From assembly GCA_964016885.1 (NCBI GenBank), contig OZ024743.1:250852001-250916000 (forward strand): a DNA stretch of 64,000 nt, written 5' to 3'. The position numbers were made by a program, and so were the translations under genes. The DNA comes from Eledone cirrhosa (Eukaryota). The notes beneath the pieces are model-generated. The model made no database searches, had not been told where the DNA came from, and saw nothing but the letters and a program-made list of their open reading frames with translations. Shown here one piece after another: positions 12,901-24,836 of this stretch (position 1 is the first letter of the stretch; every line of letters starts with the position of its first letter).

Positions 12901-13970
12901 TTGCTAATATCTCTGCTATCACCAAGATAATGCTTCACTGCCGTTGCTAAGGCATATAAACAGGCGTTGATTTGTCAAAATGTTGGGGTTTTTATCCGTC
13001 GTAAATATTCATCCCCTATTTCGTCAATACCACGTAATATTTCATTATTTGGTTTTTTTTTTTTTTTTTATTAAACATTGTCGAGAGATATTTATACATG
13101 AATTAATTTCTCTCTGGAAGATTTCGTTGAGGGAAAATTTCAATTGTTTATACTTTTGATTATCATTATCGATAATATTTCCCACAATAGTCGAGGTAGA
13201 CTCGGATGGTACACGTGGTGTCAAATTTCTTCGATTATTATTATTATTTCTTCGATTATTATTATTATCAATAGTGTTTTCCCCAGCATTCGAGGTAGAC
13301 TTAGATGGTACAGGTGGTGTCAAGTTTCTTACAGGAATAGTTGTTTCAAGGCGATGTTCGACTTGGCTGCTAGGAAGTCTAGTAGCATGGCGACCTGTAG
13401 CACGTGTTGTTGATCCCATGTTTGCTGTGGGGGACTTACAATTAATACTATTTATCTTATTTTTACGTTCAACAAACGTCGCTTGTTGGCGTAATAGTTT
13501 CGCTGTGAAATAATTTAGCTCTGGGTGCATTTCGTCCCAGTGTAGCTTCATTCTGTTCATATAGCCAATGGAGGGATTGTTTTTTTTTTGCCATTTTTTA
13601 ACAATTAAATAAATTATTATTAAGTTCGCAACTCCAAGAGAAATGCGATTTATAATTTCGGTTTCTTCTGTAGCTACAACTGAATAAAGTTTGTTTTCCT
13701 TTCTTGTTGTTTGTCTTCGATATTTCCTTAATTTTGTTGTTGATGTTGTGTTCAGCCATGCTGTTTGTAGCAAATCCTTGTAAAATGAATTATGTATTTA
13801 GTTGGATATCTCTACGAATTCGAATAAAAGGTGTCTTCAGAAGATATAGTTAGAAGAATAACCAGGTATTCAACATGACTGTAATTATGGCATTACTGTC
13901 GGACTTAGTATTCATCTTAAATTTAATAAATAGTCTCCCACGCCAAAATATGCGACTGATCGCGTTGACT
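9920..13970 (-). mobile_element. Near full-length, frameshifted R4/Dong-type non-LTR retrotransposon (RT plus restriction-like endonuclease)
   Basis: NYRSIAC, EQLLINK, WLDYRKAFDSVPHSW and FFVDDLKLY (RT); CRLC..EDITHVIGSC (CCHC); RHD and RPD (RLE); no APE domain; (TATG)n on both flanks. Confidence 0.9.
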
Positions 13971-14029
13971 GTATATGTATGTATGAATGCGTATGTATGT
14001 ATGTTTGTATGTATGTACGTATGTATGTA

Positions 14030-14420
14030 TGTTCTTATGGTTTTATTATTTTATAATTTTCCACCAATAGAGAGAGTGACTGAGGTTCTAACATAGAAAC
14101 ACAACTTTTTCATTGGAATTTAGACAACATCAACTTAGTAAATAAGTCTGTCTGTATGTCTGTATGTGCTTGTGTATGAGCATGTGTGTGCAGGTTTGTA
14201 TGTTATTGCATGTGTGGATCTGTATATCTTGAGTTATATTTGTACACCTACATATGTTCCAGTGTCTATACATGTCTATATGTAGCTATTAGATGCTGAA
14301 TTTCTGAAAACGTTTACATATTTACCGTTCCATAAGTGGACTGTACTTACAACTTTTTAACTAGCCATCATCTTTTTGGTTCTGTGAAGCCCAACTTCTC
14401 AAGATTTGTACTGAGGCTAT
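14030..14420 (-). mobile_element. 3' fragment of the same R4-type family
   Basis: Aligns by eye with 9920-10260 (CCAATAGAGAGAG..TTCTAACATAGA..CATTGGAATTTA.ACAACATCAACT, GTVxICK C-terminus). Confidence 0.85.
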
Positions 14421-14645
14421 GTATCTATGTATGTGCATATGTAGACATGTATGCATGTACATACACACACACACAAATACACACACACATATATATATGG
14501 TGTTAGGAAGGGCATCCAGCTGTAGAAATTAAGCCAAAATCAGTTCTGTATAAAGTCACTTGACAGGGTATTGCCCACAACAGTACAACTCGTCTAATCC
14601 ATGCTAGCGTGGAAAAATGGACGTAAAACAACTGTGATGATGATG

Positions 14646-14990
<345 letters not shown>

Positions 14991-15592
14991 TAAACGAATC
15001 AAGAGAGAGACTGAGTACAAGAAGTATCAAATGCTGTGTGCAGGGGAGGAGGTTGCATTGGTATGGACATGTGATGCATATGTATGATGACAACTGCATA
15101 AAAAGGTGCAGAGCATTAAAAGTCGATGGAAGCCTTGGAGTGGGAAGACCAAAGAAGACCTGAGATGAGGTGATAAAAGCTGACCTTGCCCAATTGCACC
15201 TCTGAAAGACGATGACACAGGACCGTGATATCTGGTGTCACTCAGTAATACAAAAGACCCGACTTCCCACGGGTACAAGTCGAAGCTGAAGCATATAGAC
15301 AATATTCCCCCATCCCCTCCCACTGCAAAGTGGTCATGGAGGTGTCACGACAAAAAAGCACTTAGCCCACACTGTAAAGTGGTCGTGTAGGCGCCACGAC
15401 AAAAAGTACTCAGCACTCACTGTAAATGAAGTTGATTTTAGGAAGGGCATCCAGCTGTAGAAATCAAGCCAAAATCTGTTCCTGTATGAGCAAGACATGG
15501 TCACCTGACCTGGTACTGCCCGCAACAGGACAACCCATCCAACCCATGCTAGTATGGAATAATGGACGTAAAACGGTGATGATGATGATGAT
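14991..15592 (+). mobile_element. RTE LINE 3' fragment
   Basis: RRLHWYGHVM...GRPKKT, closely similar to 21370-21965, (TGA)n tail. Confidence 0.9.
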
Positions 15593-15604
15593 ATATATAT
15601 ATAA

Positions 15605-16340
15605 ATATTGACCCTCTGACCACTTTCGCACTACCACACCAGGATTTCACGCCACCGGTCATCGTTCCAGCTATCCATCCTACGACACGTGGAATCTCCA
15701 ACATCTTGTCTCACACTCCATGGAAATACCTTAGGAACATACACACGAACAAACACTTACATTAGTTTCGAACCAGGCCATCTACATCCACACCACATAT
15801 AAACACAAACACACGTGTACGTATCCCCACATATACACACTCAGCCTCCGGACTCCACACGCCTCCTCTTTCCCACCCCTCTGACCACTCTCCATCCACA
15901 CCGACTTACACTCCACCCCATGTGCACACCGGTTTCCCTTTTAGCTGAACATGGAACCTCGTTTTTCCCCCAACTCTCACATTCACACACACGTACACGC
16001 ATACATAAACACCACCTTCAGCCCTCCCCACTCGGAACCCCCACCTCCCTCTCCCCTCTTCCCTATCCCTACACGCCTCACACCCTTTAACTACGTGTTT
16101 ATTTTTATTTTTACTTTTAAAACATTTCTTTTACTCTCTAACCCCCCCTTTTTAAATGCCCCCCCCCCCCCCACACACACACTCTCGGAACTCTCTTCCT
16201 ACCCACTTTTCTCCTGATGAAGGGCTTATGGCCGAAACATCGTCCCCAACCCCCACTCTCAAGCGTGAAACTAATACTAATATCATTTGTACAGCCTCTT
16301 CGTTTTTCTGTATTTTGTTCTCTGTTTATTTATTAAACTA
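15605..16340 (+). mobile_element. Probable Penelope-type 3' tail with degenerate minimal hammerhead at 16214-16244
   Basis: CTGATGA-A-GGGCTTATGGCC-GAAAC-ATC-GTC; stem I not recoverable; TA runs on both flanks. Confidence 0.45.
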
Positions 16341-16359
16341 TATATATATATATATATAT

Positions 16360-17601
16360 TTATTAAGACCATTTGACCTCTGCGCCGCTGAGGCCCTGGA
16401 AATACTCTACGCCACAGACCACATCTTAAACAAAAAATCTGAGGCAATTTCGGCTTGTAAACATAAACTGCACAAAACTTTCCTGTATTACAGCCCCACG
16501 TTATACCCTAACGGGTAGTACGATCTATACGTGGATATTTTACGTCTTGATGTGGTAGCTAAGTATATGTTTTGTTCATACCATTACTTATTTGCATAGG
16601 TAAGTATATATTACCTGTATATTTTGTGAAGGTACGTATACTTTCTCGTACGTATATTTGATTGTATATGTTATGGCGTATAATTTTATATATTCTGGTA
16701 CATATGGTTTGGTTATGTGTATACGGGAGTTTTGCGTCTGTGTGAGTATGCAGGTTCGTACGTATGTAGGGTGTGTGTATATGTGTACTTCATGTTTCCG
16801 AACATTTGTGTATTTACATGTAGGTATGTGTGTGCGCTTGTTATATACGTATTTATTTATTTATATGCGTTTATTTAATTATTTATTTATTTGTATACAC
16901 GCATACACACACACACATATTTATATGTGCGTGGTTTTGTATACCTATGGTAAGTGTTTTCGCGTATGCTTGTGTATGTACGTATTTGTATGTGTGTATG
17001 TTTTTATTTAATTTCTATTACCTCTGTATTGTATTTATTTACTTTATTCTTAACTCTGAAGCGGAGATTCATTTGGTCTCCTAGTTAGAATTTTAGTCTA
17101 CAACTTCTGCTATACCATGTACGTGGTTTTGTCTTTGCGTGCAATTGTTCTCCCCGCTCCACATATGACGTATTATCTTCGTTTTTTTCGTTCATTGCCA
17201 GAGAACGTCTCTATGAACCACCTAAGAGAACATTAGTCTACGACCTCTTTTATACCATAAATGTGGTTCTGTCTTTGCGCGTAATTGTTTTTCACCGCTC
17301 CTATTAATGACGTATTATATTCGTTTCTTCCCGTTCTTTGCCAGGGAACGTTTCCACGAACCAAAGTATCGTCTTCCTGTCTTCCTCCGGTTGCAACATT
17401 TTTTGAAATATCCACTTCTGCGTTTACAGATTGACTTTGTTAGTTTCAGAAGATCCCGTTAAGGGTGAAAGCAGCGATTCTTTGCTTAAACTTAATCTGT
17501 TATTTTAATAAATATTTGCTCTATGGTTCTTATATATTTGATATATATTTATTCTTATCGAGCCCTCTTTGGATTTTAGTCTTCAAATTTATTATTATTA
17601 T

Positions 17602-17605
<4 letters not shown>
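16360..17605 (+). mobile_element. Penelope-like element family A, 5'-truncated copy
   Basis: C-terminus DLCAAEALEILYATDHILNKKSEAISACKH; near-identical to 49487-50645 and to the inverse of 57840-59070; between (TA)n tracts. Confidence 0.88.
17426..17500 (+). ncRNA. Type I hammerhead ribozyme motif with variant core CAGAAGA
   Basis: ACAGAUUGA[CUUUGUU]AGUUU-CAGAAGA-U-CCC(GUUAA)GGG-U-GAAA-GCA..UGC-UU-AAACU/UAAUCUGU: all three stems pair and stem I is extended past a bulge. Confidence 0.65.
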
Positions 17606-17649
<44 letters not shown>

Positions 17650-17653
<4 letters not shown>

Positions 17654-18080
17654 GGGGATAGCACTAAGACAACGTTTAAACATATATTATGCGTTTATAT
17701 ACAATAAACATATGGGTAGCATCAATGGGGAAAAAAAGATTTTTTTGTAATGAAACGAAATGAAACAAAAAGAAAAATGTTTAATTTTACTCTATTTTCC
17801 CCGGTAAATATATAAGTTGCCAGTATATTCTGAGAATGCTAGACAGTGCTGTTTCAACAATTGTCAATTTTTCATCAGCGACATTCACTCAAAACTACTG
17901 GCGTGAAATAGCTAATAGTGTATATATAATTATGCATGTTGATCAATTTCTGGAGATGCTCATTTGCATATAGTTTTGTTTCATTTTATTTCGTTACGAA
18001 AAAAATATTTTTTCTTTCACAGCGAAGCTAACCATATATTTATTATATATAAGCTTATAATAAATGTTTATATTTCTTCA
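17650..18080. mobile_element. Old foldback element in (TA)n with a central hammerhead
   Basis: Diverged inverted arms about 17675-17770 and 17973-18070. Confidence 0.65.
17834..17886 (-). ncRNA. Type I hammerhead ribozyme motif
   Basis: GAAUGUCG-CUGAUGA-stem II-GAAA-CAG(CA)CUG-UC-UAGCAUUC: GUC cleavage triplet, stem I 7 of 8 pairs counting G-U. Confidence 0.65.
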
Positions 18081-18124
18081 TATACATATACATATACATA
18101 TATATATATATATATATATAATGT

Positions 18125-18813
18125 GGAAAACGAAGAATCAGTGATGCGTCAGAACACAATTGTTTCTCCAGCTAACAGCTCGAGGTGTGATCTGTTTGTG
18201 GATCGAACCTGACTGTGGATTCGCAAGTTCCTCAGATACGTCTAATGATTTCGAAGCAAATTCTCTTTCTGCTGGGCTCCGACACTTTGAATCTTTATCA
18301 TCTGCCTTCATCCCGTTTGCGCGGCACTTAGATTGGTTGATCGTTCGTGACGTCATCATAGTGCTTGACCACTGATATCTGCCCACTGGCCATCTCCATT
18401 CAGACGTGATCTGTCACTCACCAGGTGGCATGGGAATTCATAAAAACTCTGCTACACACAGCAGTAATTTTGCCGATGGGTTTGGGGTGAGTGACAGCTC
18501 ACGCCTGAATGGAGATAGATACCTTAACGGTTCAAGTTTTCCAAGGGAAACTTGAACCATTAAGGTATCTTTTCCTTGGTTATGTCAAAATTTATAAAAC
18601 TAACTTTGTATTTTATCTGATGAAAGCATACCAAAGTTTTGGTACCCTTGAAATATATATAATAGAATAAATATGGTTTTATAAAGATAGTTTCCATTTA
18701 TTTAATATCATTAAATATTATAGTCCAGAAAACTTGTCGAGTGTTCTGAATCAGTTATAATCATTTATATTTGTTGAATTACCAACAAATCAACAAATTG
18801 AATATCTCTTTTG

Positions 18814-18815
<2 letters not shown>
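18125..18815. mobile_element. Composite of two hammerhead-like element tails joined back to back through two hairpins
   Basis: Left part is homologous to 18985-19090 (core on - strand at 18150-18242, GUG triplet). Right part is homologous to the 8929-9356 element (core at 18617-18653). Inverted repeats at 18392-18422/18487-18517 and 18517-18570. Confidence 0.65.
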
Positions 18816-18860
<45 letters not shown>

Positions 18861-18865
<5 letters not shown>

Positions 18866-19220
18866 AGAAAAAAAGAGAATCAGTGTTGCAACGAATGGAA
18901 TTTATTGGACATATTACAATCGTTTCTCTGGCGACCAGCTCGATGCACGATCGATGTGATTATCGAACCTGACTCTAAAAATCTGCTTCGTAGAATCAAG
19001 ACGCATCTGAGGACCTTGCGATTTTTAGAGTCAGGTTCGATCATCACATCGATCGTGCCTCGAGCTGGTCGCCAGAGAAACGATTGTAATATGTCCAATA
19101 AATTCCATTCGTTGCAACACTGATTCTCTTTTTTTCTCTGATATAATACTCTGCTCTATGAGAGCAGTGAGTGCTCAAACGGCCTACCGCATACTGACGC
19201 TTTAAGCATCCAACACCAAT
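18861..19220. mobile_element. Young palindromic non-coding element in (TA)n
   Basis: Inverted arms about 18861-18983 and 19020-19143 with few mismatches. Confidence 0.9.
19000..19095 (+). ncRNA. Type I hammerhead motif with extended (63-nt) stem II
   Basis: GACGCAU-CUGAGGA-[63 nt, GCGAU/GUCGC and UCGAU/AUCGA helices]-GAAAC(GAUU)GUA-AUAUGUC; stem I 6 of 7 pairs. Confidence 0.62.
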
Positions 19221-19252
<32 letters not shown>

Positions 19253-19272
19253 ATTGCCCTTCCTAACACCAA

Positions 19273-19311
<39 letters not shown>

Positions 19312-19314
<3 letters not shown>

Positions 19315-20690
19315 TCATCATCATCATCATCATCATCGTTTAACGTCCATCTTCCACGCTTGCATGGGTTTGGACAGGAGTTTTCCCACTTGAGGCAAGA
19401 TTGGTTGTCCTGCTCGTATAGGACTGTCTGGCGAGTTTTCTACGGCTGGATGCCCTTCCTAACACCAACCACGTTTACAGTGTGGGCTGGGAGGTTTTTA
19501 CCGTATGACCTACAAGGCCACATTACAGCGTGGACTGTGTGTTTTTTTGTCGTGACACCTACACGTCTGGCGGGTTTTCTACGGCTGGGTGCCCTTCCCA
19601 ACACCAACCACGTTTACAGTGTGGACTGGGAGGTTTTTACCGTGTTACCTACACGGCCACATTACAGCGTGGACTGTGTTTTTTTTGTTGTGACACCTAC
19701 ACGACCTCATTTGTTTCGGACTGGATGATGTGGTACCAACATAACTTCACATTTAAGGGGGTGGTGTGGATGGGGTGTGGGTAGTGGGACGGAGATGTAT
19801 TTTGTTAGAGGTGCTTACTGACTGTAGGTTTCGCTTTGTACTTAGGCAAGGCGGGTCTTCTGTATAACTGTGTAGCGCCAAAGATCTCGGTCCAGTGACA
19901 TTGTCTTGGAGAGGTGTAGGTGTGTGAGGTCGGAATTTATCAAGTCGTCCAAGGTTTTTCTGGGTCTGCCTACTCCGTGGCTACCGTCTATTTTTATCGC
20001 CCTGCATTTTTTTATACAACTGTCGTCTTTCATGCGCATCACGTGACCGTACCAACGTAGTCTTCTCTCGAGTAAACAACATCTGATCCTTCTCATTCCT
20101 AATTTTTCCCTTAGTTCGTTTATGCTTTGCCGTTCACGTATATTACTATTACACATCAAGCGGAGCATGCAAGCTTCGTTTCTCGCCAGTCTGCGTATAT
20201 CCTCTGCACACAATGCCCAGGTCTCACTGCCATGTAACATTGCTGTTCGTATGCAGGAATCATACAGCCTGCCTTTCATTTTTAGAGAGAACCCTTTAAC
20301 GGCCAATAGTGGTATAAGCTCTCTGAACTTTTTCCATCCCGTTCTGACTCTAGCTACTGTACTTTCAGAGCAGCCTCCACCACTGCTGATTTTGGCACCC
20401 AAGTAACGGAAGGTGTCCACTATTTCTATTGAATCATCTGTGCAATGGAATGAGCTAGTATTCTGTGGGCATTTGCTGCTACTTATTGTACCAGTGCACC
20501 GGCCACATATAAAATCTATATTCTTAGTTATCTTACCTGTGATCCCACTACATCTTTTATGCACCCATACTTTACATTTGGGACATAAAATGGAGTTTCT
20601 ACCTACTCCTTTCCTACACACTGAGCATGACATTTCCCGGATGGGACCGGTGCCCTATTTTCCTTCCTACAAACTAGAACTTTAGTCTTA
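19312..20690 (-). mobile_element. RTE LINE 3' fragment with PHD-like finger
   Basis: CSVC..CPKC..WVHKRC..CGRC, FRYLG, MLHGSETW, RLRWYGHV, GRPRKT; (TGA)n tail. Confidence 0.92.
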
Positions 20691-20704
20691 GATGTATATA
20701 TATA

Positions 20705-20759
<55 letters not shown>

Positions 20760-20760
20760 T

Positions 20761-20791
<31 letters not shown>

Positions 20792-20797
<6 letters not shown>

Positions 20798-21965
20798 GTC
20801 AACCTGACAAAGACTAAGGTAAGTAGACGAGAAAACAGAACCCAGATCCCCTCAGGGAAATCGCCTTGCTCAGTATGTAGGAAAGGTGTAGGTAGGAACT
20901 CCATTCTCTGCCCCAAATGCAAACAATGGGTACACAAGAGATGTAGCGGGATCTCAGGAAGCTTAATTAAGAATGTAGGCTTCACATGTAGCAGCTGTGC
21001 TGGGACAGCAAGCAACAAACAGCCACAGGAAACAAGTACCACCAAACTCTGGGAGGGCTCTGTAGGAACAGTGGACAGCTTCTGCTACCTAGGTGGCCGA
21101 ATTAGCAGTGGAGGTGGGTGTTCAGAAAGTACAATAACTAGGGTAAGAACGGGATAGAAGAAGTTCAGGGAACTACTGCCACTGCTAGCTGCAAAAGGCT
21201 TCTCCCTCAAAATGAAAGGCAGACTGTATGATGCGTGTATCCGAACAGCAATGTTACATGGTAGTGAGACCTGGGCGCTGAAGGTGGAAGACTTACGGAG
21301 ATTAGAAAGAAACGAAGCCTGCATGCTCCGATGGAAGTGTAATAGTAATATACGCGAACGACAAAGCATAAATGAATTGAGAGAGAGACTGAGCATAAGA
21401 GGAATCAAATGCTGTGTGCAGGAGAGGCGGTTGCATTGGTATGGACATGTGAAGCGTATGAAGGATGACAGCTGCATAAAAAGGTGCAGAGCACTAGAAG
21501 TCAATGGAAACCGCGGAATGGGCAGACCTATGAAGATCTGGGATGAGGTGATAAAAGCCGACCTTACCCAATTACACCTCTCAAAGGCGATGACACATGA
21601 CCGTGACCTCTGGCATCATGCAGTAATACAGAGTACCCGACCTCCCATGGGTACAAGCTGGAGCATATAGACACTATGCCCCTACACCCTCCCACTGCAA
21701 AGTGGTCGTGGAGGTGCCACGGCAAAAAAGCACCCAGCCCACACTGTAAAGTGGACGTGTAGGCGCCACAGAAAAAAGCACCCAGCACTCACTGTAAATG
21801 AGGTTGGTGTTAGGAAGGGCATCCAGCTGTAGAAATCAAGCCAAAATCAGTTCCTGTATGAGCAAGGCATGGTCAGCCGACCAGACACTGCCCACAACAG
21901 GACAACCCGTCTAACCCATGCTAGCATGGAAGAACGGACGTAAAACGGTGATGATGATGATGATG
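20792..21965 (+). mobile_element. RTE LINE 3' fragment with PHD-like finger
   Basis: Same motifs as 19312-20690, one premature stop, (TGA)n tail. Confidence 0.92.
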
Positions 21966-22366
21966 AATTCATCTTAAAGTACCTCAGATCTCTTCTAACA
22001 TTTTTTTCTCTATACTTATGTGATGGGGCTAGCTAGTTCCAGACATAACTTCAGAAATAACTTCATGTTATAGGAAATAATCTCTCCCTATTCCACACAC
22101 ACACACATATACATAAACACACACACATAAACACATACACATACCTGCACAAAAACATGCACATACACTCACATACCTGCACAAAAACACACAAACAAAC
22201 AACGCACACATCGCACCCACTCATACATTGAATGAAGCTGTCACATGCAAATGAAAGGAGTCAACAGGCAGACTTGTTTTTCAATTGTAGCAAGCAGCTG
22301 TTATCAGATCCACTTGGCTGATAGTATTGCAATGTATGTTTTTTCAGAATCTGGTCAGAACATATG

Positions 22367-22451
22367 TTACAGTTCAGTTTTCCTGCTCTTTAGCTCTGTT
22401 GAAATTAGCCAAATATTCAATTCTCTGACATTTGTGCACAGTTGTTCAAAT
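22367..22451 (-). CDS. Candidate terminal coding exon FEQLCTNVRELNIWLISTELKSRKTEL*
   Basis: Polypyrimidine tract TTTTTTTTTTTGCCTTTGCTGATAG acceptor, then an open frame to TAA in non-repetitive sequence; no homologue recognised. Confidence 0.25.
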
Positions 22452-22727
22452 CTATCAGCAAAGGCAAAAAAAAAAAAGAGAGAATCATATGGCATATACA
22501 TATACAGGGAATTGTGTACACATATGCACACTCTCTCTCTCACACACACACACACACCCACACATTCATATATAGAGGAGTGTGTGAATACATGTATATG
22601 CACAGAGATAGATAGATAGATATCTTTCTTTAACCATCCATCCAGATAGATCTAGATCTAGAGAGAGAGAGAGAGATATGCCTATACACAGACAGTCATT
22701 CACATAAAGACTTAAATAGTTATTTAA

Positions 22728-22974
22728 CCCTTTTGATACGAAACTGCATAAAACCATACCTAGTTCTATAACATAAAAACATTTGTTTTAAAGTATTTAT
22801 ATTTATTTAAAAAACTATCACCATAATTGAATGTGAGAAGCTTGTTTCAAACATCAGTTTAATAATGAAAAAGTTATTTATTTATATAGATACCTCTAAA
22901 TTCTTGATTAATTTTTTTACAATATTTGAAAATCATAGGCAGTCACTTTCATAAAAATTGTGCTAATGAAAGGG
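22728..22974. mobile_element. piggyBac-like MITE
   Basis: TTAA-CCCTTT ... AAAGGG-TTAA; similar left end near 63607. Confidence 0.6.
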
Positions 22975-23643
22975 TTAACCATTTTGTGACTATATTTTTT
23001 TAAAGAAATATGATATATGTGATCAAAACAAGAACGTTAAAATACTACATATAACATATATACATAGGAGTGTATGCACATATGTGCATACACACACACA
23101 CTGACACTCATGCATATACACAGACACACAATCTAACATACACACATATACAAACATATATATATATATGCATGTAAACACTGACCCTCAAACACACACA
23201 CAGAAACATTCATCGATATATGTACACTCTGAAACATTAAGACTGGAATAGTAATTTAACCATTTTATATAATATATTGTATTAGAATTAATTATTTCTA
23301 TTTTTCTTCTTTATACTGGTGCCACTCACATGACTGCAAGGGTGCTGGGGCACCCTTGATTTAATCAATAATATCATCCCCAGTGCATATTTATTTGCTC
23401 TTTTGCTGAAACACTAAGTTACATGGTACAAATACAGGCATTGGCACAAACAAACTGAGGCACCCCGACATTATACACATGCATAAGCTAGACACGGTCA
23501 CCTGACCTGACTTGCCTTAAATGGGACAACTTGTCTAACCTATGTTAGCATGTAAATAGATGTTGAACGATGATGATGATGATGATATAATGTTAAATAA
23601 TAAAATAATACAAGAAGAAGGTAAAATAGTTAATTAATCTAGC

Positions 23644-23763
23644 GTTTTACAATCGTTTCAAAGGGCAAAACTATGAATGTGCAGAGCACTTGATGGAAGT
23701 TATTCAACTTCATATCATTAATTTCAAAAAAACACATCCATTCTGCTGTCTATCCTCAGAAAC
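23644..23763 (-). ncRNA. Type I hammerhead motif with about 93-nt stem II region
   Basis: GUUU-CUGAGGA-[AUGGAUGUG/CACAUUCAU helix plus apical hairpin]-GAAAC(GAUU)GUA-AAAC; same core and stem III as 19000-19095. Confidence 0.55.
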
Positions 23764-24142
23764 AATTGTCTTATTCTTTCATTGTTTAACATTATATAAC
23801 TGACTCTAGTTTTGAATACTCAACAAAATATGTAAGAATAACGTCTCTCTCCAAAAACAAGTTTCACTTCTATGGGATATTCACATTAACACAACACTGA
23901 GTTTTAAAATGGTTATAAATCCTACCTTGATTAAGTAGAACAATAATGTTTGTGTATGTATACACACACACACATATAAACTTAATCAAAAATAATAGTG
24001 GACTCCTCCTATATAATTACTCACATATATCTATATCAATGTCTATATCACCCCCCCCTCTCTTTCTCTCTTTCTTTCTCTCTCTCTCTCTCTCTCTCTA
24101 CATATATATATATGCATATTTACATATATATATGTGCATATT

Positions 24143-24184
<42 letters not shown>

Positions 24185-24187
<3 letters not shown>

Positions 24188-24797
24188 TCATCATCATCAT
24201 CATCATCAACGTTTAACGTCCGTGTTCCACGCTTGCATGGGTTTGGACGGGGGTAGTCCCACTTGAGGCAAGAGTGATTGTCTTGCTCGAATAGGACTGT
24301 CTGGCAGGTTTTCTACAGTTGGATGCCCTTCCTAACACCAACCACATTTACAGTGTAGGTCTGGGAGGTTTTTACCGTGTTGCCTACACGGCCACATTAC
24401 AGCGTGGACTGTGTGTTTTTTTGTCGTGACACCTACACGATCTCATTTGTTTCGGCCTGGATGGCGCGGCACCAACATAACTTTACATAGAACGGGGTGG
24501 TGTGGATGGGGTGGGGGTGGTGGTGGTGGGACGGGGTGTATTTTGTTAGAGATGCCTACTGGCTGGAGTAGGTTTTACTATATATTTAGGTAAGGCGGGT
24601 CTTCTCTGTTACTGAGTACCGCCAAAGGTCTCGGTGGTAAGGCGGGTCTTCTCTGTTACTGAGTACCGCCAAAGGTCTCGGTCCAGTGACATTGTCTTGG
24701 AGAGGTGTAAGTGTGTGAGGTCGGAGTTTATCAGCTCGTCCCAGGTTTTTCTAGGTCTGCCTATGCCGTGGCTACCGTCTATCTTTATTGCCCTGCA
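24185..24797 (-). mobile_element. RTE LINE 3' fragment
   Basis: Similar to 19312-20005; short tandem duplication around 24588-24683. Confidence 0.85.
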
Positions 24798-24836
24798 CTA
24801 TATATATATATATGCATATTTACATATATATATATA

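Noticed and set aside
17233-17415. Repeated 60-aa ORF (also 57926-58108)
   Set aside because: Antisense to a young repeat's UTR; recurrence is explained by copy identity
18880-19123. Twin 72-aa ORFs on opposite strands
   Set aside because: Artefact of the DNA palindrome
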